From: a virus
Strand: one strand, 5' to 3'
Length of the DNA: 64,000 nucleotides
Virus record (IMG/VR): IMGVR_UViG_3300045988_159790
Part shown: piece by piece, positions 34,458-45,550 of the stretch
Layout of the letters: each line of letters starts with the position of its first letter
Position numbering within the stretch: position 1 is the first letter of the stretch
Translations under genes and position numbers: made by a program
Notes under the pieces: generated by a model
The model's database searches: none
Told to the model about the DNA's origin: nothing
What the model saw: only the letters and a program-made list of their open reading frames with translations

Positions 34458-37400
34458 ATGTCAAATAAGAATAGTCAAGATATTTCTTCAGCTTTATTAG
34501 CGGCATTTGAAACTTATAGTAAAAGTACTGCCGCGTCAGTAAAAGCATCTGCTACTATTGAATGTACAATTACTGGTATCGTAGATAGAGCTGCAGGCAT
34601 TTATACAGTTAAATATCAAAACAATATATTTAATGTATACTCTAATAACGCTGACTACTCTATTAAAGATATTGTTTATGTTTTAGTTCCAGAAAATGAT
34701 TTTTCAAAAAAGAAAATGATTGTAGGATTAATAAAGCATAATACTAATGAATCAGCATCTTCTGCAGAGGAAGATTCTACAGCTAGCCAATATCTTGTAA
34801 TTGCAGACAATGTTTTAGATATTAACTCAAAAGAAGTTATAAACCTTTGTTCTTTTCATACAGAAACGAAAGATGTTTTTTCAAGTAATGTAGATTCCGC
34901 AGACCAAGTTTTAATGCCAAAATACTTAAAACATTATAAAACTTATGCTTTATCTATGAAAGTAAAAACTGCATTAATAGATAGTCAAAGAGTTGGCGGA
35001 GATTATGGTATTATATTACAACTTCCATTTTTTAGATATAGTGAAGATAATGATAAGATGATTAATGATAAGACTTTAACATTTGATATTCATAAGATGT
35101 TAGGTAATCCATATAATTATCAAGTTTGGACACAACAGACTTATTACTTTACATTAGAAGAAAATGATGAAGAATTTTATGATAGCCGCAGAAGCCCTAT
35201 TATTTCTGCTTTTGTGAGAGACTTTAATCAAGATGAAAATATTGATACAAATGATATTTTTATTAAAGATGTTCAATTTTTAGTTGTTCAAGCTTTAACA
35301 GAAACAGAAATGCAAGGTAACTATTTAAAAATAAAATCCGATACTGGAGAATACTTTTTAAAGAACTACTTTGAAACAACGAAAACTTTAAAGCCAATTT
35401 TAAAGATAAAAGGACAAGAAAAAAATATTAATGGTTATGATTGCTATTGGTTTGTAAAAGATGCTTCAGTTAATGCAACTAATAATCCTGACTATTGTAC
35501 AAAAGGTGGACTTGGTTGGAAGTGTCTTAATGAGAAAACTAAAGTTAATACAAATGACAATGGCGATACTTCTTATCAATATGTTACAAATGTATATAGT
35601 TATCAAGTAAAGATAGAAGATGTTAAAACATCATTAATTTATAAATGTGTATTAACAAAAGATACAGAAAGAATTTCTGATGAATTAGAAATTGTAAATC
35701 TTAATTCAGATATTAAGTTTAGTTTGTATTCAACAACAGGAAGTAATAATTTTGTAAAAAATATAGGTAAAGTAAGTCTTGCGGCAGACCTTTATTATCC
35801 AGGAATTACAGATAATGAAAACTCAACAAGTAATTTTAAATATTACTGGGATAGATACGCAAAAGATGGAACTTACTTAGATAGTGACTTCTTAACTTTT
35901 AGTGATATAAATGCTAAAGAGAACGGACATTATATTACTAAAGGTACTTATCCGACTTCTAAAATGCAAGATAGTAATTTAATTACTTGTACAGTATTTG
36001 AAGAAAAACAACGCGCGGATGGTAGTATAGAGAGCATTAACCTTGGTAGCGCAGATTTAGCTGTCGCCGCAGCGGATAGTTATGAATATGTAACTTATTT
36101 ATATAATGCAACTAGATTATATAATTATGATTCAGATGGAGATTCTCCTTTTACAGAATATTATGATAAAGATACAGTAAACTTAAATGAAATTGAACCA
36201 ATTACATTTAAGATATATAAAGCAAATGGAAATGAATTAACAGAAACAGAATATTTAGCTGTTAATATTATTTGGAGAATACCAAAGAAGTCTTTGATTA
36301 ATATTAATCCTGTTTTAATTAGTGAGGAAGACGATAATTATTATTATGTTCGTGGCGAGAGAAATCTTCCTTATACCATTGATGCTACATACAATCCTTC
36401 AAAAAGCAATAATGAGATTACTTTATATACCACTTTTGCGGGAGTTGAGATGTTAAATAATACATCATTTACTTTTGTTAAAGATGGCGGAAATGGTACT
36501 AATGGTACAAATTATAGTGCAGAAATTATCATTGACGGATATGCATATGGACAAAAGAATCCTACTACTAACGGAGTGTATAAACTTTGTTATGTTTATT
36601 TTGCAGATAGTGCAAAATGGATGCTATATGATATGCAAAATAATCAATTAATTGATGATACAACATTAAGGACTCTTGATGTAAGAGTATTTAGTCAAGG
36701 TAAAGTTATTACTGATGATACTTTATATACAGTAACATGGAGTATGTTTGATAATAAAGCAACTAATCCTTGCTTTACTTTTGATAGTACAAAAAATCAG
36801 TTAATTCCATCAAAGATATTTGACCCTTCAGAAGTATATTGTAATATTTTGCAAGCAGAAGTAACTGTTACAGATACAAGCGTTGCTAATAAGAATTGGA
36901 TAATTTATGCTTACTATCCTATTGAAATTACTTATTGTGCAAAAGAGTCAGATGTTATTTATACAGATGAAAAAGGCAATAAGAAATGCGCAGTTCCAGT
37001 GCTTAATGGCGGATATTCAGAAGTCTTATTTGCTTCAGATGGTACAAATCCAAAGTGGGACAATAGTTCTAACTTTACTGTTGTAGATAATCTATATAGT
37101 ATAGATAGTTCAAATGTTTATGATTATGAATGGGAGGCTTCAGAAAACTTAAACATTTCAGAATATAGAAGTGCAGACTTACCAGAAAATCAGAAAGTAA
37201 TTGAGCCTACTTCAAAATTTGATAGTGGTATTAGTAAGAACTATATAAAGACAACACTTACTCTTGATTCAAAAACTAAAGAGGGATTAACTAAAACAAA
37301 AGCAGAATATGATAAAGAAGCAGAAGATTATCAAAATCAAATTACTACTTTAACAACTAATTATTCAACTTTAAAAAATGTTTTAAGCTATTTCCAATAT

Positions 37401-39896
37401 AAACCTTGGTTAAATGTTTTAACAGAAGTAAAAGATTATATTTCTCTTAATAATGATATGATTAGAACTTTAAGAGAAAGTGAAAGTCTTTTAAGTGATG
37501 TTAGTAAATATTATCAACAACATACTGAAATTGGCGGAATTGTAACTATTGATTTTGTTACTTATAATAACTATATCAATAGAGATGTTACAAATGCATT
37601 GTTAGGTAAAACTTTGCCAGTTTCTTTTTCAACTAGAAAAATTGATTTAACAGATAGACAGCTTGCTAGGTTAAAAGAAAAACTTGATATTTCTGTTTAT
37701 AATGTATTTATAAATTATGTAAATATATATAATGATAAAGTAGAAGTAGTTCTTCAATATAAGAATCAATTAATCGCAGAAGAAGGCGGTGCTAGAAAGT
37801 ATGAAAGTAAAAGAGAAAAACTCTATAATCTTTGCTCTGGAGATTCTACTAGTGCAATTACAGGAGGAATCTATCCTGTTTCCCGCATGATTTCTACTTT
37901 TGATAAGATTAAAACAACATATAAAAATTCTTATGATAATTTGGTCGCATTACAAAATCATTTCACAGAGATAAGTTCTTATTCTGAATACAGCGATATT
38001 TTTGAAAATATGAAAAAGACACTGTTAGATTATGGAAAATTATCAGATTCAGAAGAGAATATGGAAATTAAAGAAAATCTTACAAATGATTATAATGAAC
38101 AATTAAAATCATTATATAGTTCTAAAATGGCAGCTATAACTCATGCTAATGCGTATGATGTATTAATTGGTGTTGAAATGAATAGAATTATTCATATTAA
38201 ACCAATTATTATGTTGTATAATAGATATGCTATGTCTAACATTAATGGTTGGGATGGTAATAAAATATATACAGGTGATGAAGATAGCTTCTTATTAGCT
38301 CCGCAAGTAGGCGCAGGTAAAAAAGATAGTAATAATAAATTCACAGGTATGGTTATGGGACTTAGAAATTTGAATAAGACATCTGCCGCAGAAGATACCC
38401 AAGTAGGTCTTTTTGGATATAGTGGCGGCGCGCAATCACTTTTCTTAAATGCGGAAGATGGTTCTGCAATATTTGGTCTTCATAAAAGAGGACAAATTAT
38501 TATTGACCCATTAACATCACAAGCCTTGTTATACAGTGGTAATTTTTATAAAGAATTCGGTAAAGATGGAAAGCCAACTGGTTATTCTTCTCAAAATAGG
38601 AATAATCAAGGTATGCAGATTGATTTAACAACACCTAAAATTGAGTTTGGTTCTGGTAATTTCATAGTTACTCCTGAGGGGCATGTAACTGCAAAAGGTG
38701 GAGGCTCAATCGCGGGTTGGCAAATTGGAAATACAACTTTAAAAAGTTCTGATGGGAATGTTACATTAGATTCTCAAAATACTAAGATTTATGGTCATGG
38801 TCACTCTACTCTTGACAATACTACTGATGGATTCTACTTAGGTCCAGATGGTATTAGTATAGGTTCTTGTTTTAGAGTAAATCAAGATACTTTATTATTA
38901 GGAAGCTTAAGAAGCGGTAGTAGACATTGGGAATTAAAGTATGATGCAGATAATAGCTATTTAAGTTACGGTAGAAAAGGAAGTAGTAGTTCTGTTTATG
39001 TAGGAACAGATGCAATCACTTTAGGTCGAAAATTCAGTGTTAATAACGAAGGTGAACTAACTGCAACATTAGGTCACATAGGCGGCTGGAGTATTGAAGA
39101 TAAAAGTTTATCTTGTGATAGTAGGAGTGCTTCTATGTATAGTGGTAGTCATACTACTTTAGATTCAACATCTGGCGGATTTTATTTAAGTTCAGATGGA
39201 TTTAGTCTTGGTAAACATTTTAAATTTAAAGAAAATGGAGAAGGAACAGTTGGTAATCTATATGTTTCTGATTCGGGTTGGTTAGCTTTAAATGTAAATG
39301 AAGATAATGAGTGTGGTATAGGCACTAATTCATCTGCATTTTATGGTGGAAGTCCAGATTCGAGTACTGCGCCTTTTAGAGTTACATATGATGGTCATTT
39401 ATATTCAACTAATGCTACAATATCTGGTGATATAACTGCTTCAAGTGGAACTATTGGTGGTTGTACGATTGAAGAAGGTGTCTTAAAAGTAGACACTATA
39501 AATATTAGAACTGGAGCTATTACTGCAAATGAAATTGCTTCACATACTATTACATCTGATGAAATAGATACTGATAGACTATATTGTAATGCTGCGAATG
39601 TTAAAGGAACTCTTACTGCAAATCAAATAGATTGTCAAGGTGTTATTGATGCTGGAACTATTAATGCAGACAATATCACAACAGGAACTCTTTCTGTAGA
39701 AAGATTAAGTAGTCCAAAGCATACGAAGGCTATTGAATGGTATAGCTATTTTATACCTGGTTTTACGCAAAAAACAATTCAGGTTAATGAAAAACAGGCT
39801 GATGGGACATATCTTTTTCATGATGTTACAATTGATGTAATTCAAAGTAATACTCAACATTACTTCTTAGCAGCAGTACCTGATACTGGTAATTAA
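34458..39896 (+). CDS. large tail/baseplate-associated protein or tail fibre (1812 aa) with C-terminal GGW/IGGW beta-repeat region
   Basis: RBS AAAGGAGG; repeated ...SIAGWQIG.../...IGGWSIED.../...TIGGCTIEEG... motifs and G/S/T-rich C-terminus typical of phage fibre proteins. Confidence 0.55.
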   Translation: MSNKNSQDISSALLAAFETYSKSTAASVKASATIECTITGIVDRAAGIYTVKYQNNIFNVYSNNADYSIKDIVYVLVPENDFSKKKMIVGLIKHNTNESASSAEEDSTASQYLVIADNVLDINSKEVINLCSFHTETKDVFSSNVDSADQVLMPKYLKHYKTYALSMKVKTALIDSQRVGGDYGIILQLPFFRYSEDNDKMINDKTLTFDIHKMLGNPYNYQVWTQQTYYFTLEENDEEFYDSRRSPIISAFVRDFNQDENIDTNDIFIKDVQFLVVQALTETEMQGNYLKIKSDTGEYFLKNYFETTKTLKPILKIKGQEKNINGYDCYWFVKDASVNATNNPDYCTKGGLGWKCLNEKTKVNTNDNGDTSYQYVTNVYSYQVKIEDVKTSLIYKCVLTKDTERISDELEIVNLNSDIKFSLYSTTGSNNFVKNIGKVSLAADLYYPGITDNENSTSNFKYYWDRYAKDGTYLDSDFLTFSDINAKENGHYITKGTYPTSKMQDSNLITCTVFEEKQRADGSIESINLGSADLAVAAADSYEYVTYLYNATRLYNYDSDGDSPFTEYYDKDTVNLNEIEPITFKIYKANGNELTETEYLAVNIIWRIPKKSLININPVLISEEDDNYYYVRGERNLPYTIDATYNPSKSNNEITLYTTFAGVEMLNNTSFTFVKDGGNGTNGTNYSAEIIIDGYAYGQKNPTTNGVYKLCYVYFADSAKWMLYDMQNNQLIDDTTLRTLDVRVFSQGKVITDDTLYTVTWSMFDNKATNPCFTFDSTKNQLIPSKIFDPSEVYCNILQAEVTVTDTSVANKNWIIYAYYPIEITYCAKESDVIYTDEKGNKKCAVPVLNGGYSEVLFASDGTNPKWDNSSNFTVVDNLYSIDSSNVYDYEWEASENLNISEYRSADLPENQKVIEPTSKFDSGISKNYIKTTLTLDSKTKEGLTKTKAEYDKEAEDYQNQITTLTTNYSTLKNVLSYFQYKPWLNVLTEVKDYISLNNDMIRTLRESESLLSDVSKYYQQHTEIGGIVTIDFVTYNNYINRDVTNALLGKTLPVSFSTRKIDLTDRQLARLKEKLDISVYNVFINYVNIYNDKVEVVLQYKNQLIAEEGGARKYESKREKLYNLCSGDSTSAITGGIYPVSRMISTFDKIKTTYKNSYDNLVALQNHFTEISSYSEYSDIFENMKKTLLDYGKLSDSEENMEIKENLTNDYNEQLKSLYSSKMAAITHANAYDVLIGVEMNRIIHIKPIIMLYNRYAMSNINGWDGNKIYTGDEDSFLLAPQVGAGKKDSNNKFTGMVMGLRNLNKTSAAEDTQVGLFGYSGGAQSLFLNAEDGSAIFGLHKRGQIIIDPLTSQALLYSGNFYKEFGKDGKPTGYSSQNRNNQGMQIDLTTPKIEFGSGNFIVTPEGHVTAKGGGSIAGWQIGNTTLKSSDGNVTLDSQNTKIYGHGHSTLDNTTDGFYLGPDGISIGSCFRVNQDTLLLGSLRSGSRHWELKYDADNSYLSYGRKGSSSSVYVGTDAITLGRKFSVNNEGELTATLGHIGGWSIEDKSLSCDSRSASMYSGSHTTLDSTSGGFYLSSDGFSLGKHFKFKENGEGTVGNLYVSDSGWLALNVNEDNECGIGTNSSAFYGGSPDSSTAPFRVTYDGHLYSTNATISGDITASSGTIGGCTIEEGVLKVDTINIRTGAITANEIASHTITSDEIDTDRLYCNAANVKGTLTANQIDCQGVIDAGTINADNITTGTLSVERLSSPKHTKAIEWYSYFIPGFTQKTIQVNEKQADGTYLFHDVTIDVIQSNTQHYFLAAVPDTGN

Positions 39897-39915
39897 AAAA
39901 GGAGATAAAAGGATA

Positions 39916-40095
39916 ATGGAAAAATTAAGATTAAAATTAATAGAAGATATTAATGCAAGCGGACTTCCGCTTGAAGCAATTGTTTTTGTAGTTAGAGATG
40001 TTTATAGAGATGCTCAAGAAACATATCAAAAATATCAACTTGCACAACAAACTCAAACTACAGAAGAAAAGAAAGAAGATATAGACCACCAGTAA
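39916..40095 (+). CDS. small hypothetical protein (59 aa), not in ORF track
   Basis: AAAGGAG RBS, ATG 39916, ends immediately before strong terminator 40085-40114. Confidence 0.45.
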   Translation: MEKLRLKLIEDINASGLPLEAIVFVVRDVYRDAQETYQKYQLAQQTQTTEEKKEDIDHQ

Positions 40096-40114
40096 TGGTG
40101 GTCTTATTTTTTTG
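40085..40114 (+). terminator. intrinsic terminator after small ORF 39916..40095
   Basis: GACCACCAGTAATGGTGGTC + TTATTTTTTT. Confidence 0.8.
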
Positions 40115-40182
40115 GTCTAAAATATGTAATTTATATTTTTTAGATTTTAAATGTAATATAGGATAGGAGGTAGCTTATCTAA

Positions 40183-40635
40183 ATGTTAGCTTTATTGAAA
40201 TCTTATTCTGTTGGAGAAATTTTTATCTTCATAGTTGTGCTTGCTTTGGCGGTAAAGGAAGCTATCTCATTATATCAATATTTTGCAAAAGGAATTTCTG
40301 ATAACTTTGATAAGAAGTATAAAAAGCAGGAAACTCTTAATAGTTTAAGTGAGAAAATAAACCAATTAACAATAATGGTTAAACAACTTCAAGAAAATAA
40401 TGAACAGCAAAATAAGAAAATCGAGAACTTAATTGATTCTGATGTACAAGATATAAGAAGTTGGATTGTGCAACAACATCATGCGTGTCAACAAGGAAAA
40501 CGCTTAGACTCGTTTGAAATGGATTGTATTGAAAAAAGATATGCGTGTTATGATAAAGAAGGCGGCAATTCATACATCCATAATCTTGTAGAGGGGATTA
40601 GAAAAATGAATAATAGTCAAGAACAAGAGAAATAA
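40183..40635 (+). CDS. hypothetical protein with N-terminal TM helix and coiled-coil
   Basis: 150 aa ORF with AGGAGG RBS. Confidence 0.5.
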   Translation: MLALLKSYSVGEIFIFIVVLALAVKEAISLYQYFAKGISDNFDKKYKKQETLNSLSEKINQLTIMVKQLQENNEQQNKKIENLIDSDVQDIRSWIVQQHHACQQGKRLDSFEMDCIEKRYACYDKEGGNSYIHNLVEGIRKMNNSQEQEK

Positions 40636-40651
40636 AAGGAGGCATATTTCG

Positions 40652-43231
40652 ATGGCAAGTAATACTTTATATGCACCAACATTAAGTAGTTATATGCCAG
40701 CTTTTCTTGCAAGTAGCAATTCTTGCAGAATATATTTTTCTCTATCTAAATTTAATACCGCCGCAGATATTAAGTCCGCTCATATTTCAGTTGTTAAACA
40801 ACCGAGCGGACTTAGTGTTGTTGAAACAAATTCTGGAGCGAGAATAAATAATAGATATAGAAATACTGGTATTATAGTTAATGCGGAAGTCCATGCCGCA
40901 GATAATGATTTATATTATGTTGAGTTATTTGGAAATGAATTAAAAAATAATAATTATGATAAAGATTCTTCTTCAGGCATAACAGCTCTTGGTCGTGTAG
41001 GTTTTACAGCCGGATGGATTTATAAAATTCAAATTCGATTATGCGGAACGGAGAATTATACAGCTTCTTCTATTGGTCTAGCACAATGGCTCGTAGATAA
41101 TTCAAATAGTTTTTCTGAATGGTCTACAGTAACTTTAACTAAAGCTATTGATGATACGAGAATCCAGATTAGCACTTTAGATTTTGATTCCTCTGTTATT
41201 AATAATGTAAATGAAGATAAAAGTCTATATTTATCCACACTGGATTTAAAGGGTAAATATAGTTGTAAAGACACAACTGAATTACTCTATTCATATCAAT
41301 TAAAATTATATGGAGAAGATTATATTGCCGCAGATTCTGAGGAAGGTTTATTAGAAGATAGCGGAATTAAATATGGAAACCAGTATGAGGCAAGTCAAAA
41401 TGAATTTGGACATACTTTTAAAACAGAATTAAAAGATGGGCAGAATTACACATTAGTATTTTCATATATGACTACCAATAAATATGAAAAACAACTAATT
41501 ATTCCTTTTGATGTTATAGTAGATGAGCTACCCGAGGTTGATGCGGAAGTTTATACAATAGATAGTTTTAGCCCTTATAATCATCATAAGCCTGAAACTA
41601 AAAATTTTATGCGAGCTATTACAGATTTAGCAACAGAAGAAGAAGAAGGTTATATTTGCTTAAAGTTACATACATCAAGTGAAAATTTATATAATGGAGT
41701 TATTTGTTTGCGCAGAGCAGATAGTAAAGATAATTTCAAGACATGGCAAGATATTAAATTGATTTATATTAAAAATCAAAATATTAATGATATTCCTGAA
41801 GTATATGATTTTGCTATTGAAAGTGGTGTTTGGTATAAATATGGTATTCAGACATATTCAGAGTTAGGTCGTGGCATATTAAAGTCTATGTCTGTACCTG
41901 TTATAAGAAATTTTGAGCATATGTTTCTTTTAGGAGAGAATAATCAACAATTAAAGATTGAATTTAATCCAAAGATAAATAGTTATAAATATAATGTATC
42001 AGATGGGAAGACTGATACTATTGGCGGCAAGTATCCATTTATTACAAGAAATGGCGCAGTTCGATATAGAACAATTCCACTTGAAGGTCTTATTTCTTTT
42101 AACATGGATGAGAATGGACATTTTATAACAAAAGATAAAGTATATGGGAAAGAGATTGCGGATTTACATAGAGCTTATGAACAAGAACATGGAATTGATT
42201 TTTATAATTATAATTATGAAAAAGATTTTCGTGAAGAAGTATTAAAGTTCTTATTAGATGGAAAACCAAAACTTTTCAAATCTCCAACTGAAGGAAATAT
42301 TATTCTGAGATTAATGGATGTCAGTTGTACACCAAATCAACAGTTGGCAAGAATGATATATACATTTACCGCAAATGGACATGAAATTGCGGAGAATACT
42401 TTAGAGAATTATGTAAAATATAATTTCTATGACCCAGGTCAATATGGAGAAGATGAAATGTCAACAGAAGTAAGACTTGGGCAATATTGCGGAACTATTA
42501 AATTAGGAGAGAATATCCTTGCGAAAGTAAAAGAGAAATATAATTTTAAAAATGAAAGTTTAAATCTCCAAGAAGAGCTTATTAAATTATCAAATGTAAG
42601 AATCGAAATTCAAGATGGAAAAGGTGTTACATCTAATATTCTTCAAAAACCTGGATACACTTTAGTCTATAATAATAATATACCTATTAACTTATTTGGA
42701 CCAAATGAAGAATATCAATTTGACGAAATGATAGAGATTGCCGCGGATGATAATTTACATATTGTAAGTGCAGAAGAGACTAATCCAAACACTACAGTTA
42801 CTATACAAATGGATTATTTATATACTGTTTCTATTGGCGCTTATACTGCAAAGCCAGTAAAATCAAGAATTATTAGAAGAAATATTGGACAGATATATGA
42901 TGTATTTGAACCTAATACTTCTCTATATAATGAAATATATTATAAATATTATATTGACTGGGATAATCAATATAGAAAATTATATAATTTAAGTTCTATT
43001 TCTATTGAAGCAGAACCTGGAGCAACTTTTAGTATCAAAACTAAAGATAACAAAGAAGCTAATAAGTATATAATTGGCGAAAATGGACGATTAACATTAG
43101 GAGATATTACAACTATTACTGCAATAGATTTTATTGGATATACTACTGCAGATGGTCAAGCAGAAGAAAAGGCTATGCAGATTATGCTTGACTATACTTA
43201 TAGTGTAATATCTGGTGAATATATAGGATAG
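40652..43231 (+). CDS. baseplate/distal tail structural protein (859 aa)
   Basis: Large ORF with AAAGGAGG RBS in tail-tip gene block. Confidence 0.5.
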   Translation: MASNTLYAPTLSSYMPAFLASSNSCRIYFSLSKFNTAADIKSAHISVVKQPSGLSVVETNSGARINNRYRNTGIIVNAEVHAADNDLYYVELFGNELKNNNYDKDSSSGITALGRVGFTAGWIYKIQIRLCGTENYTASSIGLAQWLVDNSNSFSEWSTVTLTKAIDDTRIQISTLDFDSSVINNVNEDKSLYLSTLDLKGKYSCKDTTELLYSYQLKLYGEDYIAADSEEGLLEDSGIKYGNQYEASQNEFGHTFKTELKDGQNYTLVFSYMTTNKYEKQLIIPFDVIVDELPEVDAEVYTIDSFSPYNHHKPETKNFMRAITDLATEEEEGYICLKLHTSSENLYNGVICLRRADSKDNFKTWQDIKLIYIKNQNINDIPEVYDFAIESGVWYKYGIQTYSELGRGILKSMSVPVIRNFEHMFLLGENNQQLKIEFNPKINSYKYNVSDGKTDTIGGKYPFITRNGAVRYRTIPLEGLISFNMDENGHFITKDKVYGKEIADLHRAYEQEHGIDFYNYNYEKDFREEVLKFLLDGKPKLFKSPTEGNIILRLMDVSCTPNQQLARMIYTFTANGHEIAENTLENYVKYNFYDPGQYGEDEMSTEVRLGQYCGTIKLGENILAKVKEKYNFKNESLNLQEELIKLSNVRIEIQDGKGVTSNILQKPGYTLVYNNNIPINLFGPNEEYQFDEMIEIAADDNLHIVSAEETNPNTTVTIQMDYLYTVSIGAYTAKPVKSRIIRRNIGQIYDVFEPNTSLYNEIYYKYYIDWDNQYRKLYNLSSISIEAEPGATFSIKTKDNKEANKYIIGENGRLTLGDITTITAIDFIGYTTADGQAEEKAMQIMLDYTYSVISGEYIG

Positions 43232-43241
43232 GAGGAATTGA

Positions 43242-45533
43242 ATGAATAGCAATGATTATTTACAAGATTATTCTTTTTTAAAAGAGTTAGATAATGAAAG
43301 AATAAAAGTCTATTATGTTAAAATCATTGTCTTAACATTAGATGAACTTCCTATTAGAGCTATTGAAGGAAGAGTCGGGATTGGCTCTTCTATATCAATA
43401 GCCGCAAACTCTGCGGTTCGTAGAACATGTAGTTTAAATTTTGTCGCAGAAGATTCTGATAATGATTTAAGCGATATTGATAACTTATTAAGTATGAATA
43501 GAAAGATTAAAATACTTATAGGTTTTGAAAATACAATTAATAACAAATATGATAAAATAGTGTGGTTTCCGCAAGGAATTTATGTTATAAATCAAATTTC
43601 TTTAACGCATGGTATAACAGGAGTTAATGTTTCAATCTCTTGTAAAGATAAGATGTGTTTATTAAATGGTGAGAATGGCGGTAATTTTCCTACTTCAGTT
43701 ACATTTAATCCATATGACCAATTATATGGTTATATGAAAATTGACTATGATAGTGATGAGATACCGTTTCCCGCAGATTATAATGATTATACAATTTATG
43801 GATTCTATAGTACTGTTACTAAAAGTATTTCTTATTATTATCATAGTAAAGATACTGGCTTATGGACAGAGGGTGGAGAAGATTTAATCAACTCTACTGT
43901 TTCTATTGAAACAAAGATATATGATATCATTCAGACAGTTGTATGTAATTATGGCGGAGAATCTATAGATAAAATTTTAATTACTGACATTCCGCTTAGA
44001 ACAAAACAGCTATCTCATTATGGCGGTTCTAATGTTTTATATTATAACAGTAAAAATAATTATTACACCACTAATGAGAAGTATGTTGCAGAAGATACAA
44101 GAAGTAACACAGAAGAAACATCCGCATGGCAGCAATTTTCTTTTAATGAAGATGTAGGATATGAATATGTTGATTTTGTTTATCCAAAAGAACTTACTGG
44201 CGGAATGGGAGATAATGTTTGCACTATCCTAGATACTATTGTTTCTACATTAGGTAATTATGAATATTTTTATGACATAGATGGAAATTTTGTTTTTCAA
44301 GAGAAAAAGAATTATCTTAATAATTCTTATACTCCTGATAATTATTATAGACTAGATAATGGAAAGCCAATGGCTTTAAATAGTTTAAATAATATGGTTG
44401 TATTAGATAATACTAATTATCAAGTTGATTTTACAGGAAATACCGAATCTGTATATACCTTTAATGAAGGTAATGGATTAATTTCATCTTATTCAAATAA
44501 TCCTTCTTATACAAATATTAAAAATGACTATCATATCTGGGGTAAAGATGATAATTCTAATGCTATTCACTATCATTTAGTTATAAAAGAAAAACCTAAA
44601 ATAGAAAATGAATATAAAGTTATTTTCTTAAAAAATGAAGATGGACAGTATAATGGTAAAATTAGATTAGCTTTGCCTAATGAGATAAGCGCCATGTTAG
44701 AGTATAATGAAAATCAAAAATCACTTGATATGAGCGGTAATGCTTCATTCAAGTATGATGAAGAAAGTGGTACTTATATTATTGATACTAATTATTATGG
44801 TCAAGTTGACAAATCTGCATTACAAATTGACGGTAATACAATTTATAATTATATTCCGGATGATTGGCGTGCGGAGATATACTTACAAGGTTTAACAAAA
44901 TTACAAGCTTCTCAAAGACCAGATATTTATGAACAAGAATTATTAGATAATTTTAATTCTATTTATGAATTTTGTTATTATAATGAAGATAATGAATTCA
45001 TTCCGCATGGTCGTTTTAAAGAAGATGTATTTAAGCCAAATAATTTAAAATACTATATTGATTATTTAGAACCTGTAGATAGTATGTATGATTTTTCTGT
45101 TGATGCTATTAATAGCAAGATATATACTTACCAACAAGACAGTATTAAAAAAATTTATGATAGAGATGTTCCAAATGTTATTTTAATAGATATCAATGAT
45201 GAACAAAGAGATTCTCTTATAAAAGAATGTGAACTAGCAGGACAAACTTATTCAAATATTGATTCTGCATTATTTAAAAATATTATTCCAACAACAGTAG
45301 GATATTCTGCCGCGGAAATAGCTAGACAAGCATTATACCAATATATTACTTATAATGAGTCAATTTCACTTCAAAGTAGACCTATTTACTATTTAGATGT
45401 AAATAGAAGAATTACAGTAGAAGACAAAGCATCAAAGATATCAGGAGATTATATTATATCATCTATCTCAATGCCATTAGATGCGTCTGGCAATATGTCT
45501 ATAACAGCCACTCGTGCAGCAGATAGATTATAA
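43242..45533 (+). CDS. baseplate/tail-tip structural protein (763 aa)
   Basis: Large ORF with AGGAGG RBS. Confidence 0.5.
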   Translation: MNSNDYLQDYSFLKELDNERIKVYYVKIIVLTLDELPIRAIEGRVGIGSSISIAANSAVRRTCSLNFVAEDSDNDLSDIDNLLSMNRKIKILIGFENTINNKYDKIVWFPQGIYVINQISLTHGITGVNVSISCKDKMCLLNGENGGNFPTSVTFNPYDQLYGYMKIDYDSDEIPFPADYNDYTIYGFYSTVTKSISYYYHSKDTGLWTEGGEDLINSTVSIETKIYDIIQTVVCNYGGESIDKILITDIPLRTKQLSHYGGSNVLYYNSKNNYYTTNEKYVAEDTRSNTEETSAWQQFSFNEDVGYEYVDFVYPKELTGGMGDNVCTILDTIVSTLGNYEYFYDIDGNFVFQEKKNYLNNSYTPDNYYRLDNGKPMALNSLNNMVVLDNTNYQVDFTGNTESVYTFNEGNGLISSYSNNPSYTNIKNDYHIWGKDDNSNAIHYHLVIKEKPKIENEYKVIFLKNEDGQYNGKIRLALPNEISAMLEYNENQKSLDMSGNASFKYDEESGTYIIDTNYYGQVDKSALQIDGNTIYNYIPDDWRAEIYLQGLTKLQASQRPDIYEQELLDNFNSIYEFCYYNEDNEFIPHGRFKEDVFKPNNLKYYIDYLEPVDSMYDFSVDAINSKIYTYQQDSIKKIYDRDVPNVILIDINDEQRDSLIKECELAGQTYSNIDSALFKNIIPTTVGYSAAEIARQALYQYITYNESISLQSRPIYYLDVNRRITVEDKASKISGDYIISSISMPLDASGNMSITATRAADRL

Positions 45534-45550
45534 TATTAGAAAGGAGAATA

